The notes below the pieces were generated by a model. The model did not search any database and was not told the DNA's origin. It saw only the letters and a program-made list of their open reading frames with translations. A stretch of 63,634 bases of DNA, counting the filler, from Octopus bimaculoides (taxonomy: Eukaryota): assembly GCF_001194135.2 (NCBI RefSeq). It is 4 parts of 4 records of this genome, joined end to end, with 100 filler letters (N's around TTAATTAATTAA, not from the genome) between each part and the next. Parts side by side here need not be neighbours in the genome. Positions count along the whole stretch, not along the records: positions 58,931 to 63,634 come from NW_026307672.1; 3 more parts are not named here. One strand, 5' to 3'. The position numbers and the translations under genes were made by a program. Below are positions 60,784-63,634 of the stretch, piece by piece. Every line of letters begins with the position of its first letter. The stretch's first letter is position 1.

Positions 60784-61658
60784 CGGGCGCGAGATCTGTG
60801 TGAAATAGCCGGGGCGCTCGTTCCCACGACTGCCACCAGATGCGCTCTACTGAACCGCCTATGACCGAAACAGCTACATTAACCTTACCAACCCATTGCC
60901 CCCTCTTAAACCCCCCCCCACTAACCACCACGCCGCATGGCATGTGCCAGGCGCAACGGTTTAAAGCAAGCAAGCAGCCGCTGTCGGCGAAGCAGCAGCC
61001 GTCGAGGTACCCCTCCAACACCCCTCACGCACACAATCCACCCCCTANNNNNNNNNNNNNNNNNNNNNNNNNNNNNNNNNNNNNNNNNNNNNNNNNNNNN
61101 NNNNNNNNNNNNNNNNNNNNNNNNNNNNNNNNNNNNNNNNNNNNNNNNNNNNNNNNNNNNNNNNNNNNNNNNNNNNNNNNNNNNNNNNNNNNNNNNNNNN
61201 NNNNNNNNNNNNNNNNNNNNNNNNNNNNNNNNNNNNNNNNNNNNNNNNNNNNNNNNNNNNNNNNNNNNNNNNNNNNNNNNNNNNNNNNNNNNNNNNNNNN
61301 NNNNNNNNNNNNNNNNNNNNNNNNNNNNNNNNNNNNNNNNNNNNNNNNNNNNNNNNNNNNNNNNNNNNNNNNNNNNNNNNNNNNNNNNNNNNNNNNNNNN
61401 NNNNNNNNNNNNNNNNNNNNNNNNNNNNNNNNNNNNNNNNNNNNNNNNNNNNNNNNNNNNNNNNNNNNNNNNNNNNNNNNNNNNNNNNNNNNNNNNNNNN
61501 NNNNNNNNNNNNNNNNNNNNNNNNNNNNNNNNNNNNNNNNNNNNNNNNNNNNNNNNNNNNNNNNNNNNNNNNNNNNNNNNNNNNNNNNNNNNNNNNNNNN
61601 NNNNNNNNNNNNNNNNNNNNNNNNNNNNNNNNNNNNNNNNNNNNNNNNNNNNNNNNNN

Positions 61659-61702
<44 letters not shown>

Positions 61703-61930
61703 CGTGTGAGTATACATATATATACATAAATTCAGTTATATACACTTGTAAATACAACGTATTTGTATATAGTTTTTTTGACTGCGGCCACGCTAGAGCA
61801 CCGCCGCCTACATATATATACACACATATACACCAAATTCTTCACATATATCTATACATATATATATATATCTATGTATACACATGTATATACGTAAATA
61901 CAATTATATACACTTGTAAACACGACGTAT

Positions 61931-62284
61931 TTTACTCTTTTACTCTTTTACTTGTTTCAGTCATTTGACTGTGGCCATGCTGGGGTACCGCCTTTTTGTC
62001 GAGCAAATCGACCCCAGGACTTATTCTTTGTAAGCCGAGTACTTATTCTATCGGTCTCTTTTTGCCGAACCGCTAATTTACGGGGACGTAAACACACCAG
62101 CATCGGTTGTCAAGCGATGTTGGGGAGACAAACACAGACACACACCTATATATATATATATATATACGAAGGGCTTCTTTCAGTTTCCGTCTACCAAATC
62201 CACTCACAAGGCTTTGGTCGGCCCTGGGCTATAGTAGAAGACACTTGCCCAAGGTGACAAGCAGTGGGACTGAACCCGGAACCA
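61931..62284 (-). mobile_element. SINE B, 5'-truncated in the head
   Basis: Complete tail TTTTACTCTTTTACTC to GAACCCGGAACC. Confidence 0.92.
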
Positions 62285-62737
62285 TATATATATATATATA
62301 TATACGTGTGTATACATGTATATACGTAAATACAATTATATGCACTTGTAAACACAACGTATATGTTTATAGTTTTTTTTTTACTGCGGCAACACTGGAG
62401 CACCGCCTACATATATATACGCATACAAACACACACACACACACATATATATATATGTGTGTGTGTGTGCGTGTGTATGTGCCTGTGTGTATACACACGC
62501 GTATACACTCATATATATATATGCGTGTGTGTCTGTGTGTGTGTATATATACACATACAAATATACATAAGCATATATTTATATATATATAAATACATAT
62601 AAACATAAATATATATATATGGTGCACCAGCATGACCGCAGCCACTTGGCTGAAACACATAAATAAATAAATATATATATATATATATATATATTTATAT
62701 GTATTTATATATATATATATATGCTTATGTATATTTG

Positions 62738-62809
<72 letters not shown>

Positions 62810-62911
62810 AATAGCTATACGCAAATATTTAAAAACGTATTTAATATATACACACATTCTTATACATACATGCACAAGTATATACATTTCTCAACAACTT
62901 AACATATATCG

Positions 62912-63259
62912 CTGCATGGCACCTTGGGCAAGTGTCTTCTACTATAGCCTTGGGCCGACCAAAGCCTTGTGAGTAGATTTGGTAGACGGAAACTGAAAGA
63001 AGCCCGTCGTATATATGTATATATATATATGTATGTATGTGTGTGTATATGTTTGTGTGTCTGTGTTTGTTTCCCAACATCGCTTGACAACCGATGGTGG
63101 TGTCTTAACGTCCCCGTAATCTAGCGGTTCGGCAAAAAGAGACTAATAGAATAAGTTATAGGCTTACAAAGAATAACTCCTGGGGTCGATTTTCTCGACT
63201 AAAGGCGGTGCTCCAGCATGGCCGCAGTCAAATGACTGAAACAAGTAAAAGAGTAAAAA
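62912..63259 (+). mobile_element. SINE B, 5'-truncated
   Basis: CTGCATGGCACCTTGGGCAAG to GTAAAAGAGTAAAAAG. Confidence 0.92.
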
Positions 63260-63634
63260 GGATATATACACACAAATAGCTATACGCAAATATTTAAAAA
63301 CGTATTTAATATATACATTCTCATACATACATATACATATATATATATGTATATATATGTGTATGTATGTATATACATATGTGTATATATACACACGCAT
63401 ATGTCACTACACATTCCCACGCGCAGAAACAACACACACACACGCACGCAAAACACTCCCATCTCCTCGTAAGAAGCACGCACTTAGCTCTGTTAAAAGC
63501 GCCCTCTCCTTCCTTTCCTCCCTCCCTCTCCTCCCTTCCCTCCTCCCTTCTCTCCTTCCTTTCCCACCCCGACCACGACCACCACCACCGACAACAACAA
63601 CGACAACAGCCAAAAAAGCAAGCAGCAGGCTAAA

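Overview
Eukaryotic, AT-rich, gap-ridden (about 15% N) intronic/intergenic window dominated by microsatellites and transposable elements. The SINE families and repeat landscape point to a cephalopod, most likely Octopus (inference from pattern recognition, not a search). No host protein-coding gene can be identified with confidence. The best candidate is a minus-strand TATA+Inr promoter near 60750 with a short first coding exon (60125-60181, MLDNITSAATPGKTPTHRK then AAG/GTAAGC). Recognisable content: four tRNA-derived SINE families (called A-D here), LINE remnants (CR1-like, RTE, L1/Tx1, R4/Dong-like), Penelope-type repeats with hammerhead-ribozyme motifs, Tc1/mariner relics (mariner, DD36E Tc1, DD37D maT), a FLYWCH-MULE element and several MITEs/foldbacks with TSDs. 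The most notable signal is a small retrotransposon ecology built on L1/Tx1 3' tails whose last bases copy their target. One Tx1 family sits in (GATA)n in two independent insertions. A related tail is grafted onto SINE A; this chimeric SINE lands after AGAAAC in both copies, once inside the tRNA head of its own parent family and once as a twin-priming-type inversion with an 18-bp TSD. A CR1-like LINE shares its 3' tail with SINE B. Three gaps carry an artificial TTAATTAATTAA spacer. Most long ORFs in the supplied track are N-run or microsatellite artefacts.
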